A stretch of 64,000 nt of DNA. Origin: a virus (lineage: Duplodnaviria; Caudoviricetes). Made by a program: the position numbers and the translations under genes. Positions 39,864-50,269 of this stretch are shown piece after piece (the first letter of the stretch is position 1; every line of letters starts with the position of its first letter). The notes beneath the pieces are model-generated. The model was not told the origin of the DNA and did no database searches. It saw only the letters and a list, made by a program, of their open reading frames with translations. The stretch lies in IMG/VR virus record IMGVR_UViG_3300035670_000121, positions 21,616 through 85,615 of that record. The stretch is one strand, 5' to 3'.

Positions 39864-42800
39864 ATGAAATGGGTTAAATTCCTGATAGTTAGTTTATTTC
39901 TTGTTTTTAATTTATATTCGCAAGTCATAACAAATACTGCTACATTATATTCTAACGTTACTCAAGCAGATAATAGTGTTATAACAGTTCCTATTCCTAT
40001 AACTATTGTTAGAACTAATGGAAGAATTGCCGAATTGTCATTAAATATTAGTAACGTTTCTCAAAATGCAAAACAAATCAATTTAAGAGTATATGAATTA
40101 ATTTATACCACAAATGTTGTTGAGACACCGCTAACAAATTCTACTACTACTGGAGATACAACAGGTGGAAGTACTGGAGACACAACAGGTGGTACAGGCA
40201 GCACAGATGGTGGAACAACAAGTGGAGATACTGGAGGTACAACAGGTGGAACTACAGGAGGTACAACTGGAGGATCAACAACTGGTTCTACTGGCGGAAG
40301 CACAGGCGGCACAACTGGAGGAGGAACAACATCAACAAATTATGTATATGTAACAAATAGTGTTACATTAAACGTAACTTTACAAACTCAAACTGGGACA
40401 ACAAATGACGTACAGATACCCGCTCAAACTGTTTGGCATAATGATCAATTAGAAAATATATTATTTGATATAACGAGCCTTCCACCTGATGCAATTATAT
40501 TGAGATTTAGAATATTAGATTATATTTATGATGAAAACGGTAATCTAGTAGGACCACAAGGATCAGGTACAAATAGCGGAGGAAGTGGAACTGGAGGATC
40601 TGGAACTGGTACAGGTGGAAGTGATACTGGATCTGGAGATTCAGGAACTGGCGGTGCGGATTCTGGGGGCGGATCGACAAGTCCACCATCAGCAGATACT
40701 ATACAATTTCCAGTAGAAGTACTTGGTGCTGATCAACACACAGAAGAATTTAAATTAGTTCTTAATGATAATTTAAATGATATCTACGGCGCAAGATTCA
40801 CTATACACGGTTTAGGATTTACAAATAAAGCTTCGGTTAGTATTAATGGATCACAATGGATTCCATTAAATAACAGAACGGTTATATTTCCAAGAAAATT
40901 TGAAAGAATATGGGTCGGAATTGGCGGTTTTCAAAACACATTAACAATGGTATTACCATTTGCCAGTAACAACATTATTCCTAGCGTAACTAATACGATT
41001 AAATTTAAGTTTAATGATATCACAAAACAAACCGTTGGATATAGAGTATTAAATGCTGATATTGTAAGAAGACAGGATACCGCTGAAAAAGAATATACAT
41101 TTGGACATCTTACAGGCAGGTTTTATACAAATACAGTTTATAACTACACGCCTACAACACTTGCTACAACCAAGGTTATTGATGATCCTAAAAATTGGAC
41201 ACCAGCATCAAGTGATCCTGTTGTGATTAATCAAGGAAAAGATTTATGGTTTAACGGTGATATTTCAGAGCGAGGAGTTGCTTTAAATGCTAAGTGTGGT
41301 GATTGTCATTTTACAGACGGATATGATTTGAAGTATTTCAATTATAGTGATAAATCAATTATAGCACGAAGTAAATATCATGGTTTGAGCGAGCAACAAG
41401 GTTTAGCATTAGCATCTTATATTCGTAGTTTGGATGTGCCATATCAAGAAAAAGGCAGACCTTGGAATCCACTTTATCAACCCGGACCCGGCATGAGTAC
41501 TGTGCCAATTGACAATTGGGCTGCTGGTGCAGGCATGGATTGGGTATTAGATGATGATATAAAATCATTTAATTATATTTTTCCTAACGGAACACAAGAT
41601 GGAATTGTATACAATGGTGTAGTTCAACCAATAGACATAAACAAAGCATACAACATTCATGAAATACCAATTGCAATGCAACTGCCAGATTGGAATCATT
41701 GGTTGCCTAAAGTTCATTTGAAAGATAGTGCGCCTGAAATCTGGGATTGGAGTTTGACGAAAGATGGTGGCAGTGGTCGTAGATTCTTTGATTGGTTTAT
41801 GGGTAGTATACCAAAAGATCAAGGAATGAAAGGTCTTGTTCAAATAATGAGATCATATGGAGAAAATACTGGTTATCAGTTGGTTCACATGGATCAATTC
41901 TTTCAGAAGAAATATTTTGATGCTGGAAAACGAATTCAATACATGAATGACATAAGAATGGCGTATCGTCATTGGGTAACCGTAAGAACATTAGAAATCA
42001 TGCAAAAATGGAAGATGCAAGATTTGGGTCATGATATTCTTGAAGATAATGCTAATACAAGAGATCAATGGGGAGAAAGAGGAGCAAGATCATATATTGA
42101 TTTAGGTAAGTTAGATAAAATCAAAGCACAATTTGGTAACAGTTATACGAATGTATTCAATGATAGAAGATGGTTTGCGAACAGTTTGCCTTTCCATCTA
42201 GCTCCACACATTGGAAATCTTGTAGCAGTGACGGATCAAAACGATCCTAATTTCACTTATGAACCTTATGGTGATCAGTCTCCACAATGGTATCAACTAC
42301 AAATGTATCTTGATGATAGCAATAGAATGCCAGAATATAACATAATTGATTGGGGATATTTACATAACTTCTTGTGGGGAGCAACAAGTCAATGGGGACA
42401 ATTAGCAAACTACAGTTTATATACAGGTAAACACAATGCTTTACAATTCATAAACACTTTAAAATCATATGAAGCATATGCATTTAATGGAGATTACAAA
42501 GGTTTGCTTGAAGGGCTTTTAGATGATCATCATCCGCACATAAGATTATTTGGAGGTACTGTTCTTTTACATGCCGATAGTTCAAGTGCAAATAAATTTA
42601 ATGAGTTCACAATGCATTATATTGATGCGTTACATACAAAAGAAAAGAAAGACATGATGGTCGGCATGTACAATCAAATACATAAAATACAAATAGATGT
42701 ATTAGAACAAAATCCACAAATTGCAGACTATAATAATCTTACAATGTCTGAAAACTTTTTAAGATATATGGGTGGTGATCCAAATCTAATTCAAAGATTT

Positions 42801-42890
42801 GTTAATTTTAGAAAATCAAAATGGCCTAATGATACTTGGACAAGTCAGATCAAACATCTTTGGCCTCAACCATTCTATCCTGCTTTGTAA
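39864..42890 (+). CDS. Large secreted protein with Gly/Thr linkers and a single CxxCH heme-c motif
   Basis: Signal peptide, TTGG repeats, KCGDCHFTDGYDL...ALASYIRSL. Confidence 0.7.
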   Translation: MKWVKFLIVSLFLVFNLYSQVITNTATLYSNVTQADNSVITVPIPITIVRTNGRIAELSLNISNVSQNAKQINLRVYELIYTTNVVETPLTNSTTTGDTTGGSTGDTTGGTGSTDGGTTSGDTGGTTGGTTGGTTGGSTTGSTGGSTGGTTGGGTTSTNYVYVTNSVTLNVTLQTQTGTTNDVQIPAQTVWHNDQLENILFDITSLPPDAIILRFRILDYIYDENGNLVGPQGSGTNSGGSGTGGSGTGTGGSDTGSGDSGTGGADSGGGSTSPPSADTIQFPVEVLGADQHTEEFKLVLNDNLNDIYGARFTIHGLGFTNKASVSINGSQWIPLNNRTVIFPRKFERIWVGIGGFQNTLTMVLPFASNNIIPSVTNTIKFKFNDITKQTVGYRVLNADIVRRQDTAEKEYTFGHLTGRFYTNTVYNYTPTTLATTKVIDDPKNWTPASSDPVVINQGKDLWFNGDISERGVALNAKCGDCHFTDGYDLKYFNYSDKSIIARSKYHGLSEQQGLALASYIRSLDVPYQEKGRPWNPLYQPGPGMSTVPIDNWAAGAGMDWVLDDDIKSFNYIFPNGTQDGIVYNGVVQPIDINKAYNIHEIPIAMQLPDWNHWLPKVHLKDSAPEIWDWSLTKDGGSGRRFFDWFMGSIPKDQGMKGLVQIMRSYGENTGYQLVHMDQFFQKKYFDAGKRIQYMNDIRMAYRHWVTVRTLEIMQKWKMQDLGHDILEDNANTRDQWGERGARSYIDLGKLDKIKAQFGNSYTNVFNDRRWFANSLPFHLAPHIGNLVAVTDQNDPNFTYEPYGDQSPQWYQLQMYLDDSNRMPEYNIIDWGYLHNFLWGATSQWGQLANYSLYTGKHNALQFINTLKSYEAYAFNGDYKGLLEGLLDDHHPHIRLFGGTVLLHADSSSANKFNEFTMHYIDALHTKEKKDMMVGMYNQIHKIQIDVLEQNPQIADYNNLTMSENFLRYMGGDPNLIQRFVNFRKSKWPNDTWTSQIKHLWPQPFYPAL

Positions 42891-42934
42891 AAATATAGCT
42901 TGACAAAACAATTGTTTTTGCTTATTATTTTTGC

Positions 42935-43174
42935 ATGTTCGTATTCGAAAAATTAGGCAACGATAGATACGTTATAAAGTCACACGAAAGAATAAATGGC
43001 CGTCTTCTGAAAGATGATGACGGCTATTTTTATTACTGGCCTGAATTTAGAAATGAAAAGTGCTGGGACGCACTAACCATGAAAGTGATTGCCAAAAAAC
43101 TAGATGAATTAAATAAAGATTGGGATCGCGAATTAAATTCTAATTTTATTTCTAAAATAAAAATTATTGCATGA
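42935..43174 (+). CDS. Hypothetical protein, paralog of 61867..62094
   Basis: DDDGYFYYWP...KLDELNKDWD vs DVDGFFYLWI...KLDKLNREWD. Confidence 0.65.
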   Translation: MFVFEKLGNDRYVIKSHERINGRLLKDDDGYFYYWPEFRNEKCWDALTMKVIAKKLDELNKDWDRELNSNFISKIKIIA

Positions 43175-43313
43175 TTTTTATGGATGAGTTTACATATAGA
43201 ATATCTACAGAATTAATTTATACTGTTTTTGCTTTATATGTGCTCTTCGTAATATATATTAAAAAGAAAAAATAAGCGTTGACTTTTCAGAGTTTTCTGA
43301 TATATTGATTTAA

Positions 43314-44018
43314 ATGATTAACGAGAAAAACAATAATAAAGTTGAACTAATTGGTTTTTACGGTAATGATCAAATTCATGCTTGTTCAGCTTGGACTTCT
43401 ACAAGTAGAGATCTTTCAGATGAAAAAGTTAATAGAATTCCTAAGCTTCTTAAAATGTTGGCTGATGCGGGGCATCATACTCCTTTTGAAAAGTCTAGCC
43501 TACATTTCTTGGTGGACACTGATATTGCTAGCCACATTCATATCATTAAGCATCGTGTCGGTGTATCTGTTAATGGAGAATCTGCTCGTTATAAGGAAAT
43601 AAAAGAAGATAAATATTTGATTCCTGATGATTGGAAAGGCATCAAATGCACCGCTATAGGTGCTACTACGGGAATAGGTGGTCTTTTTAGTGAAGACTTA
43701 GAAGGTATTGATTGGTCAATAATTTTAAGCGAATATACTAAAATCGGAAATTTACTTTATCATGCTTCTTTCAAAGATCTTGAACCAGTTTTAGGTCGTA
43801 AGCGAGCTAAAGAATCGGCGCGTTATTTTAAAACTTATGGCTCTCAAATTCAAGCTGATGTTATGTTTAATTGGCGCAGCTTTTATCACTTCTTAAGTCT
43901 TCGGAATAAAGAAGACGCTCAAAAAGAAATCAGAGAAATCGCCGCGCACATGCTTCATTTAGTAAAGAGTATCGAAGGCAATCCTTTTCAACACACAATT
44001 GCTGCTTTTGGTCTATGA
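43314..44018 (+). CDS. thyX: FAD-dependent thymidylate synthase
   Basis: GHHTPFE, KHRVGVSVNGESARY, NWRSFYHFLSLR...AQKEIR. Confidence 0.92.
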   Translation: MINEKNNNKVELIGFYGNDQIHACSAWTSTSRDLSDEKVNRIPKLLKMLADAGHHTPFEKSSLHFLVDTDIASHIHIIKHRVGVSVNGESARYKEIKEDKYLIPDDWKGIKCTAIGATTGIGGLFSEDLEGIDWSIILSEYTKIGNLLYHASFKDLEPVLGRKRAKESARYFKTYGSQIQADVMFNWRSFYHFLSLRNKEDAQKEIREIAAHMLHLVKSIEGNPFQHTIAAFGL

Positions 44019-44269
44019 CAATACAAGAAGTAAAAGAATCATACGGTTCTGAATTATTGACAATGGATGGTTATGATGACTGCATTGAAGGTATTGTAAC
44101 GCGAGTCAATCAAGTTCCATTTATTATTTATAATTACGAAAAAGTAATTACTAAATTGATGAAACAAGGTATGACTTATCATGAAGCTGTAGACTTTCAC
44201 GAATTTAATCAAGCTTGTGTTTGGATTGGTGAAAGCACACCAGCTTTTTTACATAAGATAGATGAGTAA
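44015..44269 (+). CDS. Conserved phage hypothetical protein
   Basis: DGYDDCIEG...EAVDFHEFN...GESTP. Confidence 0.7.
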   Translation: MTIQEVKESYGSELLTMDGYDDCIEGIVTRVNQVPFIIYNYEKVITKLMKQGMTYHEAVDFHEFNQACVWIGESTPAFLHKIDE

Positions 44270-45039
44270 TGAAGATTTATCTACCAGTTATTTGTTATAA
44301 TCATACTGTATTGTCTCATTATATGTTTAGTATAATGAGATTAATATTTGAGGGACAAAAGAAAAACATATCATTCAGTTTAGACTGTATTTATTTTGAT
44401 AGTTTAATCGCAAGAGCAAGAAACGCCGCAGCCGCGAATTTTGTTAATAAAATGGATTGCGATTATATGATGTTTATAGATACAGATATTTCTTTTGAGC
44501 CAAAAAGCTTTTTTTCTTTAATTAATAGAAATAAAGATGTTATATCTGGTTTATATCCTAAAAAATATATCAGTGCTGAAAAATTAAGTAAACTTGTTTT
44601 ACTAAATGGCCCGATTCTTCCTGATAATTATAATCAATTATGTACAGATTTTGCTACAGAGATTAATCTAAAGAAAGAGCCACAACAAGTTGAAGAAGTT
44701 AATTATGCAGCAACTGGTTTTATGCTTATCAAAAAGAAAGCTTTATTAGATATAATTAAAAAGCGTCCAGATATTAGTTACAAAAATGATATTGATGGTT
44801 ATGCTAGCTATGGCGATACTTTTTATGATTTATTTCCATGCAAAATAAATACTCAAACAAAAAAGTATGAGGCTGAAGATTATGGTTTTTGCGATCTATA
44901 TAGAAGTGTTGGCGGCAAACTTTATGTAGATACAACATGCGAGCTTACGCATTATGGCTGGAAGGGGTATGAAGGAAATTATCATCAACAATCTATAATT
45001 TTTAATCGTGAACCTAGTTATCTGCCTACCCGGAAATAA
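44269..45039 (+). CDS. GT-A glycosyltransferase-like protein
   Basis: SLIARARN, FIDTDI, GLYPKK, ATGFMLI, EDYGFC. Confidence 0.8.
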   Translation: MKIYLPVICYNHTVLSHYMFSIMRLIFEGQKKNISFSLDCIYFDSLIARARNAAAANFVNKMDCDYMMFIDTDISFEPKSFFSLINRNKDVISGLYPKKYISAEKLSKLVLLNGPILPDNYNQLCTDFATEINLKKEPQQVEEVNYAATGFMLIKKKALLDIIKKRPDISYKNDIDGYASYGDTFYDLFPCKINTQTKKYEAEDYGFCDLYRSVGGKLYVDTTCELTHYGWKGYEGNYHQQSIIFNREPSYLPTRK

Positions 45040-45655
45040 TTTTTCGGGCGCTTTTCTTGATAGTTTTTTGCAGTTTTATAATTGGTGTTCTATCAATAAT
45101 ATTAATGCTATCATATCTCGTAGATATGAATGTAATATATATTATGTTAGAAATATGTGCCTTGGTGGTGATAGCACGAAAGGTGAAAATCAAAAACCTT
45201 GGCAAGGCAAAGTTAATTATGATTACATGTTGTGGATAGATAGCGATATTATTTTTCATCCAAATGATTTTATTAAACTATATAATCTCAAAAAAGAAAT
45301 CGCGTCTGGATTATATTTTATGCAAAATGGTCAACAGTTTGCTACAGTTCAAGATTGGAACGAAAAAACTTTTGAAGAAACTGGCAGATTTGAATTTTTA
45401 ACACAGGAATATTTAAAAAATCAAAATAAACCTTTTATTGTTGACTATACAGGATTTGGTTTTATACTGATAAAAAATGGCGTTTTTGAAAAACTAAAAT
45501 ACCCGTGGTTCAGACCAATATGGAAAAAGTTTGGCAATGTAACTGAGTTCACAATGGAAGATGTAGCTTTTTGTCATTTAGTTAAAGAATTGAATCTCGA
45601 TGTTTGGGTACATCCAGAAGTAATTGTGAAACACGAAAAGAAAATTTTATTATAA
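45008..45655 (+). CDS. GT-A glycosyltransferase-like protein
   Basis: WIDSDI, TGFGFILIK, EDVAFC, HEK. Confidence 0.8.
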   Translation: MNLVICLPGNNFSGAFLDSFLQFYNWCSINNINAIISRRYECNIYYVRNMCLGGDSTKGENQKPWQGKVNYDYMLWIDSDIIFHPNDFIKLYNLKKEIASGLYFMQNGQQFATVQDWNEKTFEETGRFEFLTQEYLKNQNKPFIVDYTGFGFILIKNGVFEKLKYPWFRPIWKKFGNVTEFTMEDVAFCHLVKELNLDVWVHPEVIVKHEKKILL

Positions 45656-45853
45656 ATGAGCAAGTACAAGTATACAATTAAAATTCATCTTGTAAAAGAT
45701 TTTGAAGAGTTGCAGAATATTTTGAATGACTATGGTCAATCGGGCCGTCGTGTTTTTCGTGTAGAAAAAATGGATCATTGTATTTACGAAGGTGGCACTT
45801 GCAAATATGTAGTTTATTTAGAAGAGAGAATAAAAAAAACTAAAAATGGATAA
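45656..45853 (+). CDS. Hypothetical protein
   Basis: ORF track. Confidence 0.55.
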   Translation: MSKYKYTIKIHLVKDFEELQNILNDYGQSGRRVFRVEKMDHCIYEGGTCKYVVYLEERIKKTKNG

Positions 45854-46043
45854 TTCACCAGTTAATATCGTTATCGTTTCTGAAAAAGAAGAGAAGAAAT
45901 ATCATCGCCTAAAGGAAAAAGAAAACATGCAAGTTGGCGATTTAGTTCATATTGTTAATGATAAATACGCTTTAATAAATGAAGGCTGTATACTTGCAAA
46001 GAAAAAAGCTTCTGAAAACGATAAAATACTAAGAAAGAAATGA
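45846..46043 (+). CDS. Hypothetical protein
   Basis: ORF track. Confidence 0.55.
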   Translation: MDNSPVNIVIVSEKEEKKYHRLKEKENMQVGDLVHIVNDKYALINEGCILAKKKASENDKILRKK

Positions 46044-46103
46044 ATTTAATTTTAACAATAAAATAATGTTAGATTTCTAAGCTAAGATCGTGTAATATAA
46101 AGT

Positions 46104-46913
46104 GTGCAAAACACAAATTATTATAATTATTTTTTTGATTCCAGTAAAATAACTAAAGAAATAGCTTATACATTAGGTTTAATGTGGGCGGATGGATATA
46201 TTTATCCTAGACAAAATAGTATTTCCATAACATGCATCAAATCCGATTTAGATGATGTTACTGATGTTATAACAAAAACAGCTAATTGGAAAAAATATAT
46301 AAGAAAAGCTAAAGGAGTAAGAAAAGAACAATTAACATTTATGATTCACAATAAAAATTTTTGTGAATTATTGGCTGAATATAAGTATGTTTCAAAAAAA
46401 TATGATTCTGCCAATGCAATAATAAAAATTATTCCTATTGAATTACAAAAATACTGGTGGCGAGGTTTTTTAGATGGAGATGGATGCATTTATACAACTA
46501 AGAATTATCAAGTTTTTTTTACTTCAGCTTTAAATCAGGATTGGAGTTTCATTGATCTTTTACCAATAAAAGTCAATTGGAAAATTATTAAAAAAGAAAC
46601 CAATAAAGGAAGTTACTCTCGAAGATTATTGAATAATAAAAAAGATTGTTTGATTTTATTAAATTATATTTATGATGATTATGAAAATGATAAAATAGGT
46701 TTCACTAGAAAGTATGCTAAATTTTTAGAAGTGAAAAAACAAAAAATTAAAAAATTTCGCGGTAAAGGATATTATCTCAATAAAAAAGTAAATAAATGGT
46801 GCGCTAGAATAACTATTAACAATAAAGAAATAGCTTTAGGATATTTTAAAACAGAAGATGAAGCTAAAAAAGCTGTTTTGAATAAAAGAAAAGAATTAAT
46901 TTTAAAAAAATGA
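46104..46913 (+). CDS. Free-standing LAGLIDADG endonuclease with C-terminal AP2 domain
   Basis: AYTLGLMWADG, WWRGFLDGDG; KWCARITINNKEIALGYFKTEDEA. Confidence 0.85.
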   Translation: MQNTNYYNYFFDSSKITKEIAYTLGLMWADGYIYPRQNSISITCIKSDLDDVTDVITKTANWKKYIRKAKGVRKEQLTFMIHNKNFCELLAEYKYVSKKYDSANAIIKIIPIELQKYWWRGFLDGDGCIYTTKNYQVFFTSALNQDWSFIDLLPIKVNWKIIKKETNKGSYSRRLLNNKKDCLILLNYIYDDYENDKIGFTRKYAKFLEVKKQKIKKFRGKGYYLNKKVNKWCARITINNKEIALGYFKTEDEAKKAVLNKRKELILKK

Positions 46914-47257
46914 AAAACAAAAGACCTTATTATATATTTTTAGATGATGAGCGTTTTCCAAAAGACGTAAAATGGACAAAGATTCCTGATTTACATTGGA
47001 CAGTTATAAGAAATTATAGTAATTTTAAAGTACTTATAGAGTTAAAAGGCTATTTACCAGAATTTATTTCTTTTGATCATGATTTGGCAGACTATTCCAA
47101 ATATACAGAAAAAACTGGGTATGATTGTGCAAAATGGTTAATTCAATATTGTTCAGAAAATAATTTAAAAATACCAGATTATACTGTGCATTCTTTAAAT
47201 CCTATCGGCGCAAAAAATATTATTAATTTATTAGAAAGTTATAAACAATATGCATAA
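46910..47257 (+). CDS. Cyclic-phosphate-processing receiver-like domain protein
   Basis: IFLDDER, ISFDHDL, TGYDCAKWL, VHSLNPIG. Confidence 0.75.
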   Translation: MKNKRPYYIFLDDERFPKDVKWTKIPDLHWTVIRNYSNFKVLIELKGYLPEFISFDHDLADYSKYTEKTGYDCAKWLIQYCSENNLKIPDYTVHSLNPIGAKNIINLLESYKQYA

Positions 47258-47468
47258 GATTTTATTATTGTTTATACCTATATTTTGTTCCGGTTGTCTT
47301 GTTTTTTTAAGATATCATTTTGAAGATGCTCTTAATAACTTACCGCCAAATTATAAACTAATCAGATTAACAAATACTTATATTGATTATAGTTTATATG
47401 GTACTAATTATCGGGCTTATTATACAGGCGATGAAGGTAAAATATATAAAACGCTTATTTTGAAATAA
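47250..47468 (+). CDS. Small lipoprotein-like hypothetical
   Basis: Hydrophobic N-terminus with FCSGC. Confidence 0.5.
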   Translation: MHKILLLFIPIFCSGCLVFLRYHFEDALNNLPPNYKLIRLTNTYIDYSLYGTNYRAYYTGDEGKIYKTLILK

Positions 47469-47655
47469 AATCATTATCTTTAGCATCAGAATCTACAGAC
47501 TTTTGACCGAAATACCAACCAACAGCAGCCATAACTAAACTATTTAAAGCTTCGTTTTTAATTTCTAAAAAAACTGTGGTCGAAAAAATAACTATTAGTG
47601 TAAATACAATTATCGCTCTTACTGAAACTCCACCTATATTAGATTCGTTATTCAT
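47455..47655 (-). CDS. Small two-TM membrane protein (holin-like)
   Basis: VSVRAIIV...AAVGWYFG; GTGTAA 14 nt upstream of ATG 47655. Confidence 0.6.
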   Translation of the reverse strand: MNNESNIGGVSVRAIIVFTLIVIFSTTVFLEIKNEALNSLVMAAVGWYFGQKSVDSDAKDNDFISK

Positions 47656-47670
47656 AAATTTTATTACACC

Positions 47671-47898
47671 ATGACTGATCAAAGATACAATGAATTAATG
47701 TCAGAAAAAGATGTAGAAATAACCGACAAAGAATTTAATGATGGCTGGCATTTTTGTATAGATTGGGACGGCCAACTTGTTGGTCCGGGTATGCATTCTA
47801 TGCAGTTTTGTCGCTGTAAAGGCGTAAACAAATCAAAACATAAAGAAATTTATAGCAAGATACCCGATCAAGGTTATTTAGAAGATTGGGCATCTTAA
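47671..47898 (+). CDS. Hypothetical protein
   Basis: ORF track; GWHFCIDWDG. Confidence 0.6.
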   Translation: MTDQRYNELMSEKDVEITDKEFNDGWHFCIDWDGQLVGPGMHSMQFCRCKGVNKSKHKEIYSKIPDQGYLEDWAS

Positions 47899-48142
47899 AC
47901 AAAATCTGGATATATCTTAAAAACATCTAGATACCAGAAATCAAAACTTAAAAATCTAAAATCATCGTCGCAACCACAGTTTTTTGCGATGTATGATTTT
48001 TTTATTGTATATTCTTCTTGACAGTACTCGCAGAACATACTATATTCTAACCTGCAAAAGAGTCGAATAGTGAACAATATTGTTACAAATATACAACAAA
48101 TCGTATTTGACTCTTATAAATTAATATTTATTATATAATATT

Positions 48143-48364
48143 ATGAACTTTCAAATGGCTAATTTCGTAAAAAATCTATTAAAAGAAAGCTGTTCTTTAA
48201 ATAGATTGGCTGAAGAATTTTATAATAAATTTGGTTCAACTGAATATTGTAAAGGTCCAACAGGACATTATTATGTCCGAGGAAAAAAGCTGCCACAATT
48301 TTCGACTTTTGATGGTAACGATATAAAAACTACTGCTTCTTCGATTTTAAACGAGCGGTTATGA
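48143..48364 (+). CDS. Hypothetical protein
   Basis: ORF track. Confidence 0.55.
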   Translation: MNFQMANFVKNLLKESCSLNRLAEEFYNKFGSTEYCKGPTGHYYVRGKKLPQFSTFDGNDIKTTASSILNERL

Positions 48365-48765
48365 AGAAAAAGGTTTTAAAAAAAGCTGTTAATATAGCTC
48401 ATGCGATGTGTCCGAGTATGCGTAAAAACGGATTACGCGCATCTCATGTTGCTTTTCTAGTAAAGAAAAACAGAATAGTAAAAATCGGTTGGAATAAACC
48501 AAAAACAAATCCAAATAGCGAAAAATATCCGTATATTGGTGCTACTGGTGAAAAGATAACTGTAAATACTCACGCGGAGTTAGATGTAATACTGAAGGCG
48601 AACGAGGAGGATTTATCTGATCACGAAATTGTTGTTTTAAGAGTTGACGGCGAGGGAAAATTGAATAATAGTAAGCCCTGCAATGGTTGCTCGCATCTGA
48701 TAAAACAATTTTCAATTAAAAAAATTTACTACTCAAATTCTAAAGGAGAAATCTCTAATATTTAA
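48361..48765 (+). CDS. Zn-dependent cytidine/deoxycytidylate deaminase family protein
   Basis: HVAFL..GWN, THAELD, SKPCNGC. Confidence 0.8.
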   Translation: MKKKVLKKAVNIAHAMCPSMRKNGLRASHVAFLVKKNRIVKIGWNKPKTNPNSEKYPYIGATGEKITVNTHAELDVILKANEEDLSDHEIVVLRVDGEGKLNNSKPCNGCSHLIKQFSIKKIYYSNSKGEISNI

Positions 48766-48768
48766 TAT

Positions 48769-48990
48769 ATGAACAAAGATCTATTTTATAATCGGCCATA
48801 TCCTGTTAAGTCTGATGATTTGAAGTATGACGGAAAGAATATTATCATTCCTTCTTATTATACTTCTATTCTTCTTGATTATCTAAAGACAACTGATACT
48901 CATGACATGAATGATGCTGATAAGGAAGATTTTAAAGCTTTTAAAAATTTCTTGTACGATGTTCAAGAGTATAAAAATAAAGGAAATTAA
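48769..48990 (+). CDS. Hypothetical protein
   Basis: ORF track. Confidence 0.6.
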   Translation: MNKDLFYNRPYPVKSDDLKYDGKNIIIPSYYTSILLDYLKTTDTHDMNDADKEDFKAFKNFLYDVQEYKNKGN

Positions 48991-49673
48991 TGAAAGAGAT
49001 TTTAGTATTTGCTCATAATTATTTAGTTAATGATTGGTTTGATATTGTACAAGATCAATTGAATTTACTTTTAAGTAAAGGTTTGTATAATGCTTCGCAT
49101 AAAATATATTATTGTGCATACAGTTCAGATTTGTTTCAAATTTATAAATTCATTGACTTAATTAAGAAGCTTGATACTAAAAATAAAATAAATATTATTG
49201 TGCATCCATATAATGATGGTGAAAAAAACACTATCATACTGCTACAAGAAATTTGTAAATCTTATGAAAACGCATTTGTCTTATATTATCACGCAAAAGG
49301 AGTTACATCAATTGTTCATTGTGATAGAGTTCGCAGAAATATTAAATCATGGCGTGAAATGTTGAATTATTTCAATATAGAAAAATGGGAATCATCTGTT
49401 TTATCGTTGAATAATCATGATGTTTTTGGTGTGATGCGTGGAGAATTTTCGTATCCAAATACCAGTGAAATTAAAACAATATATCCAGGAAATTTTTGGT
49501 GGGCAAGATCAAGTCATATTAATAAATTACCAGATGTTAAACAATTAAACAATCATTCAGATTTAGAATCTTTAATAACATCTATTCCTCATAGCTGGGC
49601 TAATGCTGATATGAGTTATGCAGGTAATATATACGAGCGTTATTTTGATCCTCAAGAGTATAGAAACGATTAA
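48990..49673 (+). CDS. Glycosyltransferase-like protein (YYHAKG...GNFWWA family)
   Basis: Motifs YYHAKGVT, WREML, YPGNFWWARS. Confidence 0.6.
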   Translation: MKEILVFAHNYLVNDWFDIVQDQLNLLLSKGLYNASHKIYYCAYSSDLFQIYKFIDLIKKLDTKNKINIIVHPYNDGEKNTIILLQEICKSYENAFVLYYHAKGVTSIVHCDRVRRNIKSWREMLNYFNIEKWESSVLSLNNHDVFGVMRGEFSYPNTSEIKTIYPGNFWWARSSHINKLPDVKQLNNHSDLESLITSIPHSWANADMSYAGNIYERYFDPQEYRND

Positions 49674-49678
49674 AAATT

Positions 49679-50269
49679 ATGGGTCTTTACGATACTATTA
49701 AATGTAAATATTCACTTCCCATGCCAGATGATCCTAAAGGATATTCTGGTTCTGAATATTTCCAAACTAAAGATTTAGATTGTTGTCTCGGATATTATGA
49801 AATTCGAGAAGACGGTGTTTTATGGAGCGAGCATCGAGAAAGTGAATATGTAGCAGGAAATCCTAAAGGGAAAAGCTTGATGGAAAAATTAGGTCGAATC
49901 GAAACTAAAAATAGTTGGTTCGAGCCTGATTATTTTCATGGTACAATAGAAATGTATGATTATATTGATCATGACAATAGCAAAGATTTCGATTATTTCA
50001 TTTCTTATGAAATACAATTTGATAAAGGAACTGTAAAAAATATCAGATTGTTAAATTTCGAAGCCACTCCTAATCAAAAAAGAAAAGAAAAAGATAAGAT
50101 TTTTAACGAAAATCTGCGTAAAGATTACGAGTTTCGGCAGACTAAAAAATATAAATACATTTACGCGCCATATAATAAAGCAATAAGATATATTTTTAAA
50201 AAAATATATAATATTAGTAGTAAAATACCTTCATTGATATTAAAATTAGAAAATAAAATATCATTATGA
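49679..50269 (+). CDS. Conserved phage hypothetical (MGLYDTI.C...FQTKDL.C)
   Basis: ORF track and motif. Confidence 0.7.
   Translation: MGLYDTIKCKYSLPMPDDPKGYSGSEYFQTKDLDCCLGYYEIREDGVLWSEHRESEYVAGNPKGKSLMEKLGRIETKNSWFEPDYFHGTIEMYDYIDHDNSKDFDYFISYEIQFDKGTVKNIRLLNFEATPNQKRKEKDKIFNENLRKDYEFRQTKKYKYIYAPYNKAIRYIFKKIYNISSKIPSLILKLENKISL

Noticed and set aside
40140-40690. ACAGGTGGA-type repeats as a non-coding repeat array, and ORFs 40103, 40165, 40507
   Set aside because: They are Gly/Thr/Ser linker codons of the 1008-aa protein; the alternative ORFs are shadows
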